Positions 1 to 10,329 of a stretch of 64,000 nt of DNA are shown in pieces. The notes beneath the pieces are model-generated. The model did not search any database, was not told the origin of the DNA, and saw nothing but the letters and a program-made list of their open reading frames with translations. The number at the start of each line of letters is the position of its first letter. Within the stretch, counting starts at the first letter, position 1. Location: IMG/VR virus record IMGVR_UViG_3300034073_003340, positions 1 through 64,000 of that record; one strand, given 5' to 3'. The translations under genes were made by a program, and so were the position numbers.

Positions 1-1599
1 AATAAGCGACTCGATATCACTATCATACTCAGCATCATTATCGCCGCTATATGGATTTGGGTTGTAATATGACTCGTCAACTTCTCCGGCATTCAAATCA
101 TCTTCAAGCGTCTGAATCAATTTGCTCGCAATGGTCTTTTCAGCACCGTCTAGCTTTTTACCTTCAGCCATCTTATCAATGATGGTCCCAACGTAGTTCA
201 GTGTAGCAGGATTAGCCAAAGCATGTTGACCCACATACAAATCTAGATAAAAACGCGCCTTAGCGTTCATGTCAGCAAAACCGGGAACTCTTTCAGGAAA
301 CTCTGGAATTTCAAAATTGCCAGCCAAAATAGCACGCAATCCATCAGCCAACTCTTCAATACCCTTTTCTTGATCCTTGTCTAGTTGTGCTGGGCGACCA
401 GCATCGTCAACTTGTCCCGAAGCCGCATGACGCGATTTAGTCCAAGCAGTGGCATAGTTCAAAACCGCATCCTCTTCGTTGATCTGATATGGTGTTTCCA
501 TCAGATCCAAGAAACCAGTTGCGTCTTCGAAGATTTCACTTTCATTGAACGCCATACTAGAACCAAATCGGGTCCAGCTTTCTTCGTTGTGTCCATATTC
601 ATCCAGAAGAGCCTCGACTAACGCGTCAGCAGCGGCATCCTCGAGAGTGAGGACGCTATGGAACATTTTGTTCATATTGGTCATATTTTCACCCATTTGT
701 AGCAGAGCGACTGGCATCAAAGACTCTGCCAGAGCATGGTTGGAGTCAATCATTAGAATATCCTGTAGGTGGCTGATTCTATCACCGACTGATTCATTAA
801 GATTGACTGTATTTAACGGAAGGGACTCTTTTATTTTGTGATAACCGCGTGGTCTACTCATTGTCATGAAGGCTTTACGAAGCTCAACAATGCGATTTTT
901 GATAGGGGTTCTCAGAGAAAGTGCTTCTTCACCTAGTAAATTTCTAGCATGATGAATATAGCGGCTAACCTGGGCCAGATTCAAACTTTCTTGTGCCAGA
1001 ACTGATATCTTGTTCCCAATATCATCATAAGGTCTTCCGCCTTGATTGATATGTTGGGCAAACGCACGTCCTGCGCTCAAATGGTTCTCCGAGAACTTAA
1101 ATCGTTCTCCTTCTTTGGTCTCAACAAAAAGACCTAGGATATTTCGACCACGAGCACCAATTACCCCTTCAACTACAGGACGACAGTGTCGTACAATCAA
1201 TTTAGTGGGACCAAACTTTTGATAACTGGTCTTTGTAGACCCCCACATATTTGCTTCATTCATACTTGCCTGATAAGCAAAATCTTTGGGTTGAAGCTCG
1301 CGACCATATTTTCTAACATTGAACAATACATTATAGCGAGTCGTAATCTGTCTAAGAGTATTGATCAGCTTGCTAATGGCTTTGACATCAGTGCTTTGGC
1401 TGAGGTAAAGCTTCACCTCAGAATCACTTCCTGCTTCAATAACACTCACCATCAGGTTGTCTGGAGTGGCGAATACTCTACGAGCTGATTTGGGCTCATA
1501 GGTTTTGTTGCCATCATCGCCATACAGCGTAAGGGTCTTTCCTGATCCTTTCAGGACTTGAAATAACTCTTCGCTAAGGCTGTCAAACAACGAGCTCAT
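1..1599 (-). CDS. Conserved jumbo-phage hypothetical protein downstream of terminase (partial, runs off left edge)
   Basis: ATG at 1599 with GGAGG RBS and upstream CTAAATA. My translation (MSSLFDSLSEELFQVLKG...GARGRNILGLFVETKEGERFKFSENHLSAGRAFAQH...) stays open to position 1. Absent from the ORF track because it has no stop in the window. Confidence 0.8.
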   Translation of the reverse strand, partial: MSSLFDSLSEELFQVLKGSGKTLTLYGDDGNKTYEPKSARRVFATPDNLMVSVIEAGSDSEVKLYLSQSTDVKAISKLINTLRQITTRYNVLFNVRKYGRELQPKDFAYQASMNEANMWGSTKTSYQKFGPTKLIVRHCRPVVEGVIGARGRNILGLFVETKEGERFKFSENHLSAGRAFAQHINQGGRPYDDIGNKISVLAQESLNLAQVSRYIHHARNLLGEEALSLRTPIKNRIVELRKAFMTMSRPRGYHKIKESLPLNTVNLNESVGDRISHLQDILMIDSNHALAESLMPVALLQMGENMTNMNKMFHSVLTLEDAAADALVEALLDEYGHNEESWTRFGSSMAFNESEIFEDATGFLDLMETPYQINEEDAVLNYATAWTKSRHAASGQVDDAGRPAQLDKDQEKGIEELADGLRAILAGNFEIPEFPERVPGFADMNAKARFYLDLYVGQHALANPATLNYVGTIIDKMAEGKKLDGAEKTIASKLIQTLEDDLNAGEVDESYYNPNPYSGDNDAEYDSDIESLI

Positions 1600-1641
1600 G
1601 CGCAATCCTCCACTAAGTGTGATATTTAGCGAAAAATATCA

Positions 1642-4221
1642 TTAGAAGCTCATAGGCATAGGAGCGGATCCTATATCATCCGTGTCACCTATGCTTTTCA
1701 AGTTTTCTTCAATCTGCTCTTCCCAGTCGGCGCAAATCTGTAGTAATCTGACTATCTGTAGGGTTCCCATAACCAAGTCGTCATTTACCCCTATTTTGCC
1801 CTTGTAGGAGCCGCCACCGCGTACAAAGTTCTTGAGCTCCGTGAGTAGTGCTCTACTCTTCAAGGTCATTCTACGGGTCTCTACGAGCGTTTTAAAGCGA
1901 GCACAGGCGGTCATCTTTGTTCTACTATTGGTATTCAGACCTTTTCGACCTTTGCCGCCGCCGCTTTTGCGAGGTTCATGTGTGAAAATGCCTGGAAAGT
2001 TCTCCTCCCCAATATTATCAATATGAACCAGGGCTGCTTCACCCAAGCTGTTGTTTTCAACCGACCAGTAGATCTCTGGATCGCCATCTTGGTCTGGGTG
2101 ATTAGCCAAACTGTGATGGATATAAAGAAGAGCCTTACGAAGAATCTCAACCTGATCTTGCGTTACCGTCTTATTATGTCTCCACTCTGCTACTTGCGTC
2201 AAAGTTGTGAGATCAAATACCTGTATTGCCGAGAAGTCAGATCCGGTTCCCATCGAGGGATCAAGTGTTGCGCCATAAATGTGATTGGGTTGAGGCTCTT
2301 CAAACCAGCGCATTTGGCCAATCTTAAAGATCGGTTCCTGTGGGCTCAAGTTGGCTAATGTGAGTGGATTGATAAGAGTTTCATCCTCAGAAACGAACTT
2401 ACACTCGTATTCTCGCTGGAATTTCTCTTCGCCAAGCTGTTGACGCTGGGTCTGGGCCCAAGCTTCATCTCGGGTTGGATTCTTGTCCCAAGTAATTTCC
2501 AGGGGCTTATAACCATTACGACCCAATCCACCAGGAATTACTTCACCATTGTCGTCAATGTTATTCTTAGCACCAAACCAAATCTCAGCGAACTGATCTT
2601 CGTCGTTGTTTGGAGTAGAAGTGATGATACAGCTACCACCCGTAGACAGGGTTGGCGCAATAGCCGACCAGAACTCAACTGCTTTATTGGGCTGAACGAA
2701 CGCAAACTCGTCCAAGTACAGTAGGGAGATGGAAAGACCACGACCTGCGTCCTTGGACGTAGCTCGTGAAATGATTCTGGAGCCGTTGTCAAACGCAATT
2801 GTGCCCTTGTTGTATTCCACAACACCGCTGCGGAGCCAGTTGTACTGCTCGAGATTCTCATAAGCAAAGCGGATACGATCCATGATCTCTAGAGCAGATA
2901 CGAACTTGTTTGCCGCAATGAGAATCGTGGTATCGGGTTCAAACATTGCCTTCCAAAGAAGGAAACCAGCCGCACAAGTCGTATTGTGAGTTGGCACAAG
3001 AGTTTCACCACAAAGGAACAAATGATCCTCATTGTCTACTTGTAGACAACGAACCGGAACGCTAGTGGTGGACTCAATTGATTTGATATAGATTCTAGAA
3101 TTCTTTGGATGATTCTTACAACGCTTTTGACGTTCTAGTTTTCTTTCCAATTTGAAAATATCAAATAGCGACGTAGTAAATCGAACGGACCAGGCCGTCT
3201 TATAACCAGTTTCCCTGCTAGAAACTGTTGATTTGATACCTAGACTACTCAATAGTAGGCGAACTTTTCGCACCATGTTTTCATCACTCTGATAGAAATT
3301 ACAGGTGCCATTCTTTTCCACTGAACCATCGGTATCCATAAGACCGCGGAGAAGTTCAAGACGATTTTCTACTGAGGTGAAGATATACGAATCAGGTATA
3401 TGCTTATTAGAGATCACTCCCAAGTCACGCAACGCAACTTTGAAACCACCAGCAATATTGAAACTACCAGTCGTGTCACTTCTCTTATCTAGCCTAAACT
3501 GAGACGTTCTGAATCCAGCTTCTTCTACAGCCATCTGGTAAGTGGGAAAGTCATCAATATGACAGGTCACACCAGAAGAATTTCTTCCACCATCCCCAAG
3601 CCAGACTCCAAGCAGGTATGGATCTACAGGAAGCTTGCTATCGCTAAACTCTATAGCGGCACAATGTTTAATATGAACGCTCTGTGTGCTTTCGGGTCCA
3701 TATTTTTTGAGACAGTCAATCAGTTCAAGGGTCGTGATTGTCCTCGTCCTATCCTTTTTTAATGGCAATTCAACAGTCCAGAGATGATCCGCATCAGCAA
3801 TAACAGTCTCGCCATGGCTGAATTCTACCCTATAACAGGGGCGATCGTTCATAGTTTCAGTTATGAACTGAATTCTTGTTGGCTTACCATCAGCACCATA
3901 GATAGTGTCACCCACCCTCAGATCACCCATTGTGGTGAATCCACTAGGTGTCAGTATCGGAGTATCCAATGCCAAGGCTTTTCCCATTTGTCGAGCCGTT
4001 AGGGCAATAGTATAGCGATTCTTATGAAAAGCATCGATCATCTCTTCCTGGTAAGGCCAAAGCTTAAAAGGAACTCGACCTTGGGTGGGATGCTGGATCT
4101 TCACATAATTCTTACAGAAGTAGATAGGGTCAGACATACACTTTCTGAGCTCTTCAATCTGATTTAGATTAAAGCGGTCTTTGCTGTACCCTTTTTTAAT
4201 AATTTCAATATCTTTAGCCAT
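1642..4221 (-). CDS. terL: Terminase large subunit (T4 gp17-like) containing an intein
   Basis: Walker A ARQMGK|T split by the intein, Walker B LLYLDEFAF, ITSTPN coupling motif, and RNase H-like nuclease (LDPSMG, NDDLVM). Confidence 0.95.
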   Translation of the reverse strand: MAKDIEIIKKGYSKDRFNLNQIEELRKCMSDPIYFCKNYVKIQHPTQGRVPFKLWPYQEEMIDAFHKNRYTIALTARQMGKALALDTPILTPSGFTTMGDLRVGDTIYGADGKPTRIQFITETMNDRPCYRVEFSHGETVIADADHLWTVELPLKKDRTRTITTLELIDCLKKYGPESTQSVHIKHCAAIEFSDSKLPVDPYLLGVWLGDGGRNSSGVTCHIDDFPTYQMAVEEAGFRTSQFRLDKRSDTTGSFNIAGGFKVALRDLGVISNKHIPDSYIFTSVENRLELLRGLMDTDGSVEKNGTCNFYQSDENMVRKVRLLLSSLGIKSTVSSRETGYKTAWSVRFTTSLFDIFKLERKLERQKRCKNHPKNSRIYIKSIESTTSVPVRCLQVDNEDHLFLCGETLVPTHNTTCAAGFLLWKAMFEPDTTILIAANKFVSALEIMDRIRFAYENLEQYNWLRSGVVEYNKGTIAFDNGSRIISRATSKDAGRGLSISLLYLDEFAFVQPNKAVEFWSAIAPTLSTGGSCIITSTPNNDEDQFAEIWFGAKNNIDDNGEVIPGGLGRNGYKPLEITWDKNPTRDEAWAQTQRQQLGEEKFQREYECKFVSEDETLINPLTLANLSPQEPIFKIGQMRWFEEPQPNHIYGATLDPSMGTGSDFSAIQVFDLTTLTQVAEWRHNKTVTQDQVEILRKALLYIHHSLANHPDQDGDPEIYWSVENNSLGEAALVHIDNIGEENFPGIFTHEPRKSGGGKGRKGLNTNSRTKMTACARFKTLVETRRMTLKSRALLTELKNFVRGGGSYKGKIGVNDDLVMGTLQIVRLLQICADWEEQIEENLKSIGDTDDIGSAPMPMSF
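2983..3978 (-). mobile_element. Class 3 intein (332 aa) with LAGLIDADG homing endonuclease, in the terminase P-loop
   Basis: Starts ALALDTPILTP (Ala1) and ends PTHN|T. WCT signature: block B DHLW, block F VRCLQV, block G PTHN. LAGLIDADG motifs LLGVWLGDG and LLRGLMDTDG. Confidence 0.93.
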
Positions 4222-4266
4222 AGATGAACAAGGGCTCTGATCAACAGACCAGAGCCCTTTCCTATT

Positions 4267-6177
4267 TTAATCGAAGGTCTTTACAGACAGCTTCTTGGTT
4301 GGAGAAACACCGTGTTTAGACATCATATCAACGACCATTTCATAGTTGTTGATAAGATCAAGGGAGGTGAAACTAGCAATCACCTTTCCAGGACGATATT
4401 TGCTTCCGGTAGAGGTCTGAGTAACACAAGTAACTGGTGTCCCATTAGGAGTTCTGCTTAGCCCAGTTACATAGTTGAGACCCTTCTTTCCATTACGATC
4501 AATTTCTAGAACAGTTACACCAGCCCTGCTGCTACCGCTACTCATATCATCAAAATATTGTGCGGTTCCATTCTTGATATCTTCCAAACTAGCGTATCCG
4601 CAATCGGTGTTTAGATAGAAAGGCTCTCCGTATTTGGTATGTGGTGACTTGGAATAGTAGAGTTGAACCTCATCCAGATCTGAATTCTTGAATTCGTCCA
4701 ATAAACTCTCAGCCGTTGGTTCCAAACGGTCTAAGCCTTTTTCACGCTTCCAAGCAATGCGATCATGAGCATTGCGCCATTTTGCCACTCTTTTACCTGC
4801 ACCCTTACGCATAATACCCATGCGTTCAGCTTCTTCAGCATCATGGACTAAATCGTCCAGATCGCCCGCTTTCTTCTCATGATGAGCCTTGCTGTCTCGA
4901 GCCTTGGCAGCATAGCGTCCCTTGAGATCACCACTTAGTTCGTTCAGCTCAGTTTCATCAGAAGCCGTTTGGCTTTCACCAAAATCACCACCCATATCAA
5001 AGCCCAACTCTGCACTGGTGTCTTCTCCGTGATCCTCTTCGCGATTATGTCCAAAATAGCCTACGCCATAGATACCATAACCAAACTTTGGGTTATTGGA
5101 CTTCTTGGAAGCTTCCTCGACATAATCACGAAAGCTTTTTGGAGAAACCGACTCTTCTTGATGGAACTGATTGGTGCTGTGATCAACGGCTTCTTGTCTA
5201 ATTCTATCCATTGTCTTTTGATCGATACGATCAATAATGTCTTCACCAGTTGATTTAACCACTACTGCGGTAAGGTCTAGCGTGCCGCCCATGCTAGCAA
5301 CTGGCATGTGATCCAATCCAGTATCAAAGTCTCCTGAGTCCCAATCATAATGAACGGTAACTTCAACTTCGCCCTGTGGGTGAGTCTCATCTTCAATCCA
5401 GGTGTCAAACTCTTCACTGCCACCGGGCTTATAAGGAGATTCAGTAACCTGCTCGGATACATCAACGTCTTCAAAATCCATATCGTTTAGATAGACAATG
5501 GACTTACCGCCCTTGTGGGTTACTAGCCAAACGCCATCTACCATTGAATCAGGCTTTGCGGTGGCACCATCCATATCATGAGTGCTCATGAAATCTAGAA
5601 ACGCGATCGCACCTTCTTCGGTGTCAGGAAACTTAGTCTTCAGCTTGTCTTCAAACGGTCCTTCGGATAGTGGGTTATCGCCTGAACGAGCTGGAACTCT
5701 TTTTGTATCCGGCTGAACTACTGTTCGGCTAGCAATGCCTGCGTATTCCTGAGGATCAGTTTCATTCGTGCGGTAATCATAATTGGCTTCTTCACCAATC
5801 TTTGGATCAACTAGGTCACTACCCATATCCACTTCTTTGGAAGCTGCCTCTGGACCGTTTGGATCAATTGGATCCACCATATGATCATCGTCGCCGTCCG
5901 AATAGCTCATTGCTGCGAACTGTGGTTCCAAGAGATTCATGATAGAACGTAGATCTGGTGAATTGATGGTGGAGGTCATTGTCGCTCCACCCTCTTGAAC
6001 ATCAACGGTCAAAGTAGCTGGACCATTGAAGGCAGCACTATTACCAGCAATGCCTGCGTTCTTGAGAACCTGAGCCAGTTCAGGAATATCAGCCGCTGTA
6101 ATTGTGGTATTTGATGTCATATCACCATTGCTATTGGAGATATTGAGACTCACTGCCTCATCAATCTTCTTAGTCAT
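4267..6177 (-). CDS. Acidic probable head-internal/prohead core polyprotein
   Basis: 636 aa, very acidic, many (I/L/V)xE-S/A sites. The ELSGDLKGRYAAKA motif resembles ELSRDTQMAYAKKA in 44827..46290. Confidence 0.5.
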   Translation of the reverse strand: MTKKIDEAVSLNISNSNGDMTSNTTITAADIPELAQVLKNAGIAGNSAAFNGPATLTVDVQEGGATMTSTINSPDLRSIMNLLEPQFAAMSYSDGDDDHMVDPIDPNGPEAASKEVDMGSDLVDPKIGEEANYDYRTNETDPQEYAGIASRTVVQPDTKRVPARSGDNPLSEGPFEDKLKTKFPDTEEGAIAFLDFMSTHDMDGATAKPDSMVDGVWLVTHKGGKSIVYLNDMDFEDVDVSEQVTESPYKPGGSEEFDTWIEDETHPQGEVEVTVHYDWDSGDFDTGLDHMPVASMGGTLDLTAVVVKSTGEDIIDRIDQKTMDRIRQEAVDHSTNQFHQEESVSPKSFRDYVEEASKKSNNPKFGYGIYGVGYFGHNREEDHGEDTSAELGFDMGGDFGESQTASDETELNELSGDLKGRYAAKARDSKAHHEKKAGDLDDLVHDAEEAERMGIMRKGAGKRVAKWRNAHDRIAWKREKGLDRLEPTAESLLDEFKNSDLDEVQLYYSKSPHTKYGEPFYLNTDCGYASLEDIKNGTAQYFDDMSSGSSRAGVTVLEIDRNGKKGLNYVTGLSRTPNGTPVTCVTQTSTGSKYRPGKVIASFTSLDLINNYEMVVDMMSKHGVSPTKKLSVKTFD

Positions 6178-6179
6178 GA

Positions 6180-6884
6180 TTAGCCCTTCCTTTTGACGTT
6201 TTCGTCATAGTTACCATGGTTACCAACTAGACTGGGCTTTGACGTCTTGGTGCCGGCCTTTTTGGTGTTAACGTGGACAGGCTTGACCGTATCCATGTCT
6301 TTGTTGAAATCATCAGCGACTTCAGTGCTCTTTTTGTTAAGCCAGGAAAACTTATTGGTTTTCCTAATCTCTTCAATTGCCGGAACGGTTTCTGCTTCAG
6401 CGTCTGCTTTGATCTGCGCTAGATAGTTCAGGAATTTCTTATTGTATTCGTCACCAAAAGCGACTTCTTTGGGCTGGTCTTCCTTTTCATAAAAAGGATC
6501 TTCTAGAACAGCCTGATGATCATCCTTATGAATTTCTTCAAGGGCTTCTGCCTCAATAGCCACTGGTTCGTTCTCGCCTCTGACGATTAGGGCGCTATCC
6601 GCGATCTGAAAGGCTTGGCGCAGCTCAGTGGCCAAAACATAGCTAGAGGCAGAAACACCAGTCTTGATATCCAGGACCCAAATCTCTGCCATTGGATAAT
6701 TCTTAAAATCCAGGGGAGACTTTTGAGCCATCAGCTTCTTTGGTGTAGAAACACTTTGGATGTCATACTTGAAAAGAGCCTTTTTGAGCGTTTCGACGAA
6801 GTGGGCGTCCATGGGAACAACCGACTTGACGCGATACCCAAAGCTCTTGGCAGATTCTGCCAGATAGTGGTAAAATGATTTCAT
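6180..6884 (-). CDS. Conserved virion-associated hypothetical protein
   Basis: Start MKSFYHYLAES with GAGG RBS and a late-promoter motif at 6912-6917. Confidence 0.6.
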   Translation of the reverse strand: MKSFYHYLAESAKSFGYRVKSVVPMDAHFVETLKKALFKYDIQSVSTPKKLMAQKSPLDFKNYPMAEIWVLDIKTGVSASSYVLATELRQAFQIADSALIVRGENEPVAIEAEALEEIHKDDHQAVLEDPFYEKEDQPKEVAFGDEYNKKFLNYLAQIKADAEAETVPAIEEIRKTNKFSWLNKKSTEVADDFNKDMDTVKPVHVNTKKAGTKTSKPSLVGNHGNYDENVKRKG

Positions 6885-6927
6885 GGCGTCCCTCACACTT
6901 GGAGTTTAGCCTATTTAGCGGAAATCT

Positions 6928-7434
6928 TTAGATCTCGCCTTTGCGGATCTTAGCCATAAGATCATTACGGTTTGCGGTAATACTAGAACCGTTATCTATG
7001 AACTCCCCATCTTCAACACCATCGTTCATGTCACGCTTGTGTTTATCCTGCTCCATTATCAGACGGATCTCTTCCATTCGTCTTTCTGACTTCGAACGGG
7101 AAGCCTTAAGAGCGATCTCCAGAGCTTTGAGGGCAGGAGTAAAAGCATTGGGTCCTGCATTCTTGGGTTCAATATTGAACCCAAGGTCCATGAGATCCTT
7201 GTGAGCGCGCATTGCGACATCGTAGATTTCATCAGTCTCTGCGGTGTGTTCCTTTACCCCGGTTGGATCTGTGGAGGCAGACAACGCCAGAGGGCTAGCA
7301 TTAGCTAACGCATTAGCCATCTGAGATACCTCTGCGTTCACAGCAGGAGTTTCTTCAACTTGACCCTCAGCGAGCTCTTTTAGGGCATCTTCCAAACGCG
7401 GTAGATTTAGTTCGTCTTCTAAAGCTTTTGTCAT
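6928..7434 (-). CDS. Conserved helical hypothetical protein (possible small terminase)
   Basis: 168 aa helical/coiled-coil ORF in the packaging cluster. The function is inferred from position only. Confidence 0.4.
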   Translation of the reverse strand: MTKALEDELNLPRLEDALKELAEGQVEETPAVNAEVSQMANALANASPLALSASTDPTGVKEHTAETDEIYDVAMRAHKDLMDLGFNIEPKNAGPNAFTPALKALEIALKASRSKSERRMEEIRLIMEQDKHKRDMNDGVEDGEFIDNGSSITANRNDLMAKIRKGEI

Positions 7435-7862
7435 TTGTCTTCATCCCTGGGCAACTCAAATTCGACAATAGGAGCGTTTGGCTTCAATTTTCTAAACTGA
7501 GATGCTTCACGGAGGCTTTGCTTGCCACCACCAACGCGAACTAAGGCATCTATATAAGTCAGAAAGGTTTCACTTTCATCACCCCAATCTTTCCCAACAA
7601 TGATTTTATCATCTACGGGAAAGCAAGGATAATCTGATGCTTTTGAACACGCGATACCAACGGTGGTCATTTCACCACCGAGTGGATCAACCGCGATTCT
7701 ATAAGCCAAACCTGGTATTCCTTGATCTGTAAGACCAGAAACCATATGGGTTACCATTTTCCCACTTGTAGATTCAACATGATAGATACCTAGGACTATG
7801 AGACGCTTTGCTTCAGTCTCATCAAAAGTACCTTCGCTATAACCAACAATACCAAGTTTCAT
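7431..7862 (-). CDS. SLOG/LOG-superfamily nucleotide-binding protein
   Basis: Rossmannoid pattern MKLGIVGYS...VSGLTDQG...VRVGGGKQSLRE, similar to the LOG/SLOG GGxG(T/S)xxE motif. Confidence 0.55.
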   Translation of the reverse strand: MKLGIVGYSEGTFDETEAKRLIVLGIYHVESTSGKMVTHMVSGLTDQGIPGLAYRIAVDPLGGEMTTVGIACSKASDYPCFPVDDKIIVGKDWGDESETFLTYIDALVRVGGGKQSLREASQFRKLKPNAPIVEFELPRDEDK

Positions 7863-7884
7863 AAATACACCTCTGTGTATTTAC

Positions 7885-8319
7885 TCACCTTTTACCAGCT
7901 TGTCTGTAAAGTTGGCGTTCAGTCATGATACGAAACTTTATGCCATTGGATTTACACCAATTATAGGCAGCTTCCCACTTGGCTTCATTTAGCGTGATGG
8001 CATCAATATCCTTTTGCGTTCGAGCAGCTTCTGGGATGCTCTGACTCAAAGGTTTGATCTCAATTATCTCAGCGTGCTTGGCACCAGTTTTGTCGGTGTA
8101 AAGTATAAAGAAGTCTGGGATATAATTGCGAATCTTTCCAGTGAACGGATCCTGATACTGTATCTTAAGAGACTCGCTTGCCCATTGTTCAACATAAGGA
8201 TGTTGGTCGCATAGATTCATAAAGGTCAATTCCCAAGCGGACCTATATGTGATAGGAAGAGTCCCAACGTATTTTTCTGGGTTCTTGGGTTCAAACGTTC
8301 CTTGATTATAAAACGCCAT
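7885..8319 (-). CDS. Head completion nuclease (T4 gp4-like)
   Basis: F-x-PKNPEKY, YRSAWE, WASE, YIPDF and IEIKP motifs. Confidence 0.88.
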   Translation of the reverse strand: MAFYNQGTFEPKNPEKYVGTLPITYRSAWELTFMNLCDQHPYVEQWASESLKIQYQDPFTGKIRNYIPDFFILYTDKTGAKHAEIIEIKPLSQSIPEAARTQKDIDAITLNEAKWEAAYNWCKSNGIKFRIMTERQLYRQAGKR

Positions 8320-9383
8320 TAGAATAGCTTTCCAGGTCTACCAAACAAGGCACCTTTTAAAAGACCTTGGACACCCTGTCTGGCCGCTCCAGTATTACCA
8401 GAGACGATGTTTTTTAAACTAGATGCGGCAGTCTTACCAATAGCAAGACCTCTATTGGCATCATAAGATCCTGCTATTTCGCTGATAATACGACCAGGAC
8501 TACCGAAGCCTTGGCCGGTTATACCACTCAAGAGATTTCTCTGTAAGGTCGCACCAATGGTATCATCTAAACTACGGGTTATAGCATTTGGAGTTGTCGC
8601 CAGACCAGGAGTAATATCTAGATTTGGTAGATCGTTTGGAACGTCCCAATATTGACCAAAATCCAAACCAGCATCCTCAGCAATTTCCTGTGTTATGGGT
8701 TCGGGGTCAGCGTAAACTATTCCCTCAAAATCAATAGACATCTGAATTTCGTTGGTAACGGCACCAACGCTATAATCAAAATCGTCTGGGTTGAAGCTGG
8801 AGATCTTTGGATTGATCAGATCAAATCGTTCCATTACACCATTGTAGAATTGATACACCGAGATATGACTAAAGAAATAGGCGTAGTTCTGCTCTACCAT
8901 TGGGGGTAGAAAACCCCAGCGACCCAGTTCAAAGGACTCGCCAGTTACGATATCATAGACCGTTGATCCACTTGAACCTGCACCGTATATCTTACTATCA
9001 CCATAATAATATTGGTAATATTCAACAAACATATTTCGCAGATCCTGCGAAATGGTATCATGAAATCTAACCTGGAGCGGCTCAAAGTCATGACCGGTTT
9101 GAACAATACGTTTACGATTATACTGATTCAGCGTCTCTTGGCGAAAGGTAACTTTGGGTCGATCAATATTCTTGACAACTAGTCCAATTCCTCTTTCCCA
9201 TCCACTACCACCAGTAGACTCCGGGCGATAGAACTTCATCCAAAAAAGGAATTTGTTCTTGGGAACATTGGCGAATCTAGTTCCGCCCAAACCAAAATTG
9301 TTTGAAGCGTGATGGCTGTCCCCCAACATGAGGGACAGCCCATTAGGATCAGAAGTCCTACCGCCTCTTGAAGTTTCAGTCAC
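8319..9383 (-). CDS. Tail tube-like protein (baseplate tube initiator/gp54-like)
   Basis: PKVTFRQETLNQYNRKRIVQT...F-x-P-x-x-V-x-FHD tube-fold motif, directly downstream of the tail tube gene. Confidence 0.6.
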   Translation of the reverse strand: MTETSRGGRTSDPNGLSLMLGDSHHASNNFGLGGTRFANVPKNKFLFWMKFYRPESTGGSGWERGIGLVVKNIDRPKVTFRQETLNQYNRKRIVQTGHDFEPLQVRFHDTISQDLRNMFVEYYQYYYGDSKIYGAGSSGSTVYDIVTGESFELGRWGFLPPMVEQNYAYFFSHISVYQFYNGVMERFDLINPKISSFNPDDFDYSVGAVTNEIQMSIDFEGIVYADPEPITQEIAEDAGLDFGQYWDVPNDLPNLDITPGLATTPNAITRSLDDTIGATLQRNLLSGITGQGFGSPGRIISEIAGSYDANRGLAIGKTAASSLKNIVSGNTGAARQGVQGLLKGALFGRPGKLF

Positions 9384-9393
9384 TGACTAAACC

Positions 9394-10232
9394 TTATAGA
9401 CGGTTGCCAGGAATCTGCTCAGGAAGCGCGGTCATTAGACCGTTTGCCTGCGTTGCGTTATCAAAACGAACAGTCAACGTAATGGTCTGGAAACCGGATT
9501 CAGCATAGTCCAGATCCATGTAGTCAACGTTCTGTAGGAAGCAACCTTCAAGCGTCCATGTCTCAACGACAGTGTCATTGCCACCGTCCATGGTCTCAAT
9601 AATGGTTACAAACTTATAGTTGATACCAGAAGCAAAAGCCGTCTGCTCAAAGTGGTTGAGCTGCTTCTGTAACTGGTGCCCAACAAGCTTAGCAACGTTG
9701 TTGGTCAAGTCATCCTTGAGAACAATCTGCAAGGTCTCCCACGTATGCTTACCAGCATAGTAGGCGGTGCTGTTGTAACTATGAACAGGAACTTCTTCGT
9801 GGGCAATTTTTGGTTTGCCAACGCTCTGAACCTGCTGGGTGAAGTCGAGACCACCTGCGATTGGACCAAAGTTAACCACGCGGACGCGGAAGCGATACTT
9901 ATACTTGAGTTGGAGAAGACCACCGCGGCCCTGTCCGCCTCCAAGTGGAACCATTTGTATTCAATCAGTGTCGTTAATACTGATCCGCCTTACGGCTGCT
10001 CATTGTTACCAATGAGATTAGACTATATCATGACCCACTTGGGGCCCCACCCGTTTCAGCCCACTTGGGCCTACGACCTTTCGGTCTAGTCGTTGAACGT
10101 TCCGGTTCATAACTCCGGCTTCGCTGCTGATTGTCCCTGAGGGATTTTCCAGCAATTAGAGTGGTTTTTCGACCAGGATCACTCCTGGAAGCAGCTATTC
10201 CTTTAACCGAACTTAGATAGAGTTTCTGCCAT
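9394..10232 (-). CDS. Tail tube protein (T4 gp19-like), spliced: exon 1 10232-10206, exon 2 9951-9394 (194 aa)
   Basis: GGAGG RBS plus ATG GCA GAA ACT CTA TCT AAG TTC GGT (MAETLSKFG) joins in frame to GTT CCA CTT (VPLGGGQGRGGLLQ...KYRFRV). Also YYAGKHTW and W-x-L-x-GCF tube motifs. Confidence 0.92.
9952..10205 (-). mobile_element. Group I intron (subgroup IA-like, 254 nt, no internal ORF)
   Basis: P AATTGCTGGAAA, Q AATCAGCAG, R GTTCAACGACTA, S ATGATATAGTCT. Exon-terminal U pairs with G in P1 (CGGU|UA with UAGCUG). P10 GGAAU pairs with exon 2 GUUCC. P3 CCACTC/GGGTGG. P7.1 GACC-GAAA-GGTC and P7.2 GCCC-AAGT-GGGC. Terminal omega-G. Confidence 0.95.
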
Positions 10233-10329
10233 GACGATATCACCTCCTAGGTAACGATCTATTTTGATTATTTAGCGTTTCAGATTGTAAATAGAAACAA
10301 TTAGAAACTTTTAGAAGATTTGGAGTTCA

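Noticed and set aside
10265-10310. Possible stranded 3' end of the 11143 gene (IVSIYNLKR*)
   Set aside because: Only two or three similar residues in AT-rich DNA; too weak, unlike the Ro60 case.
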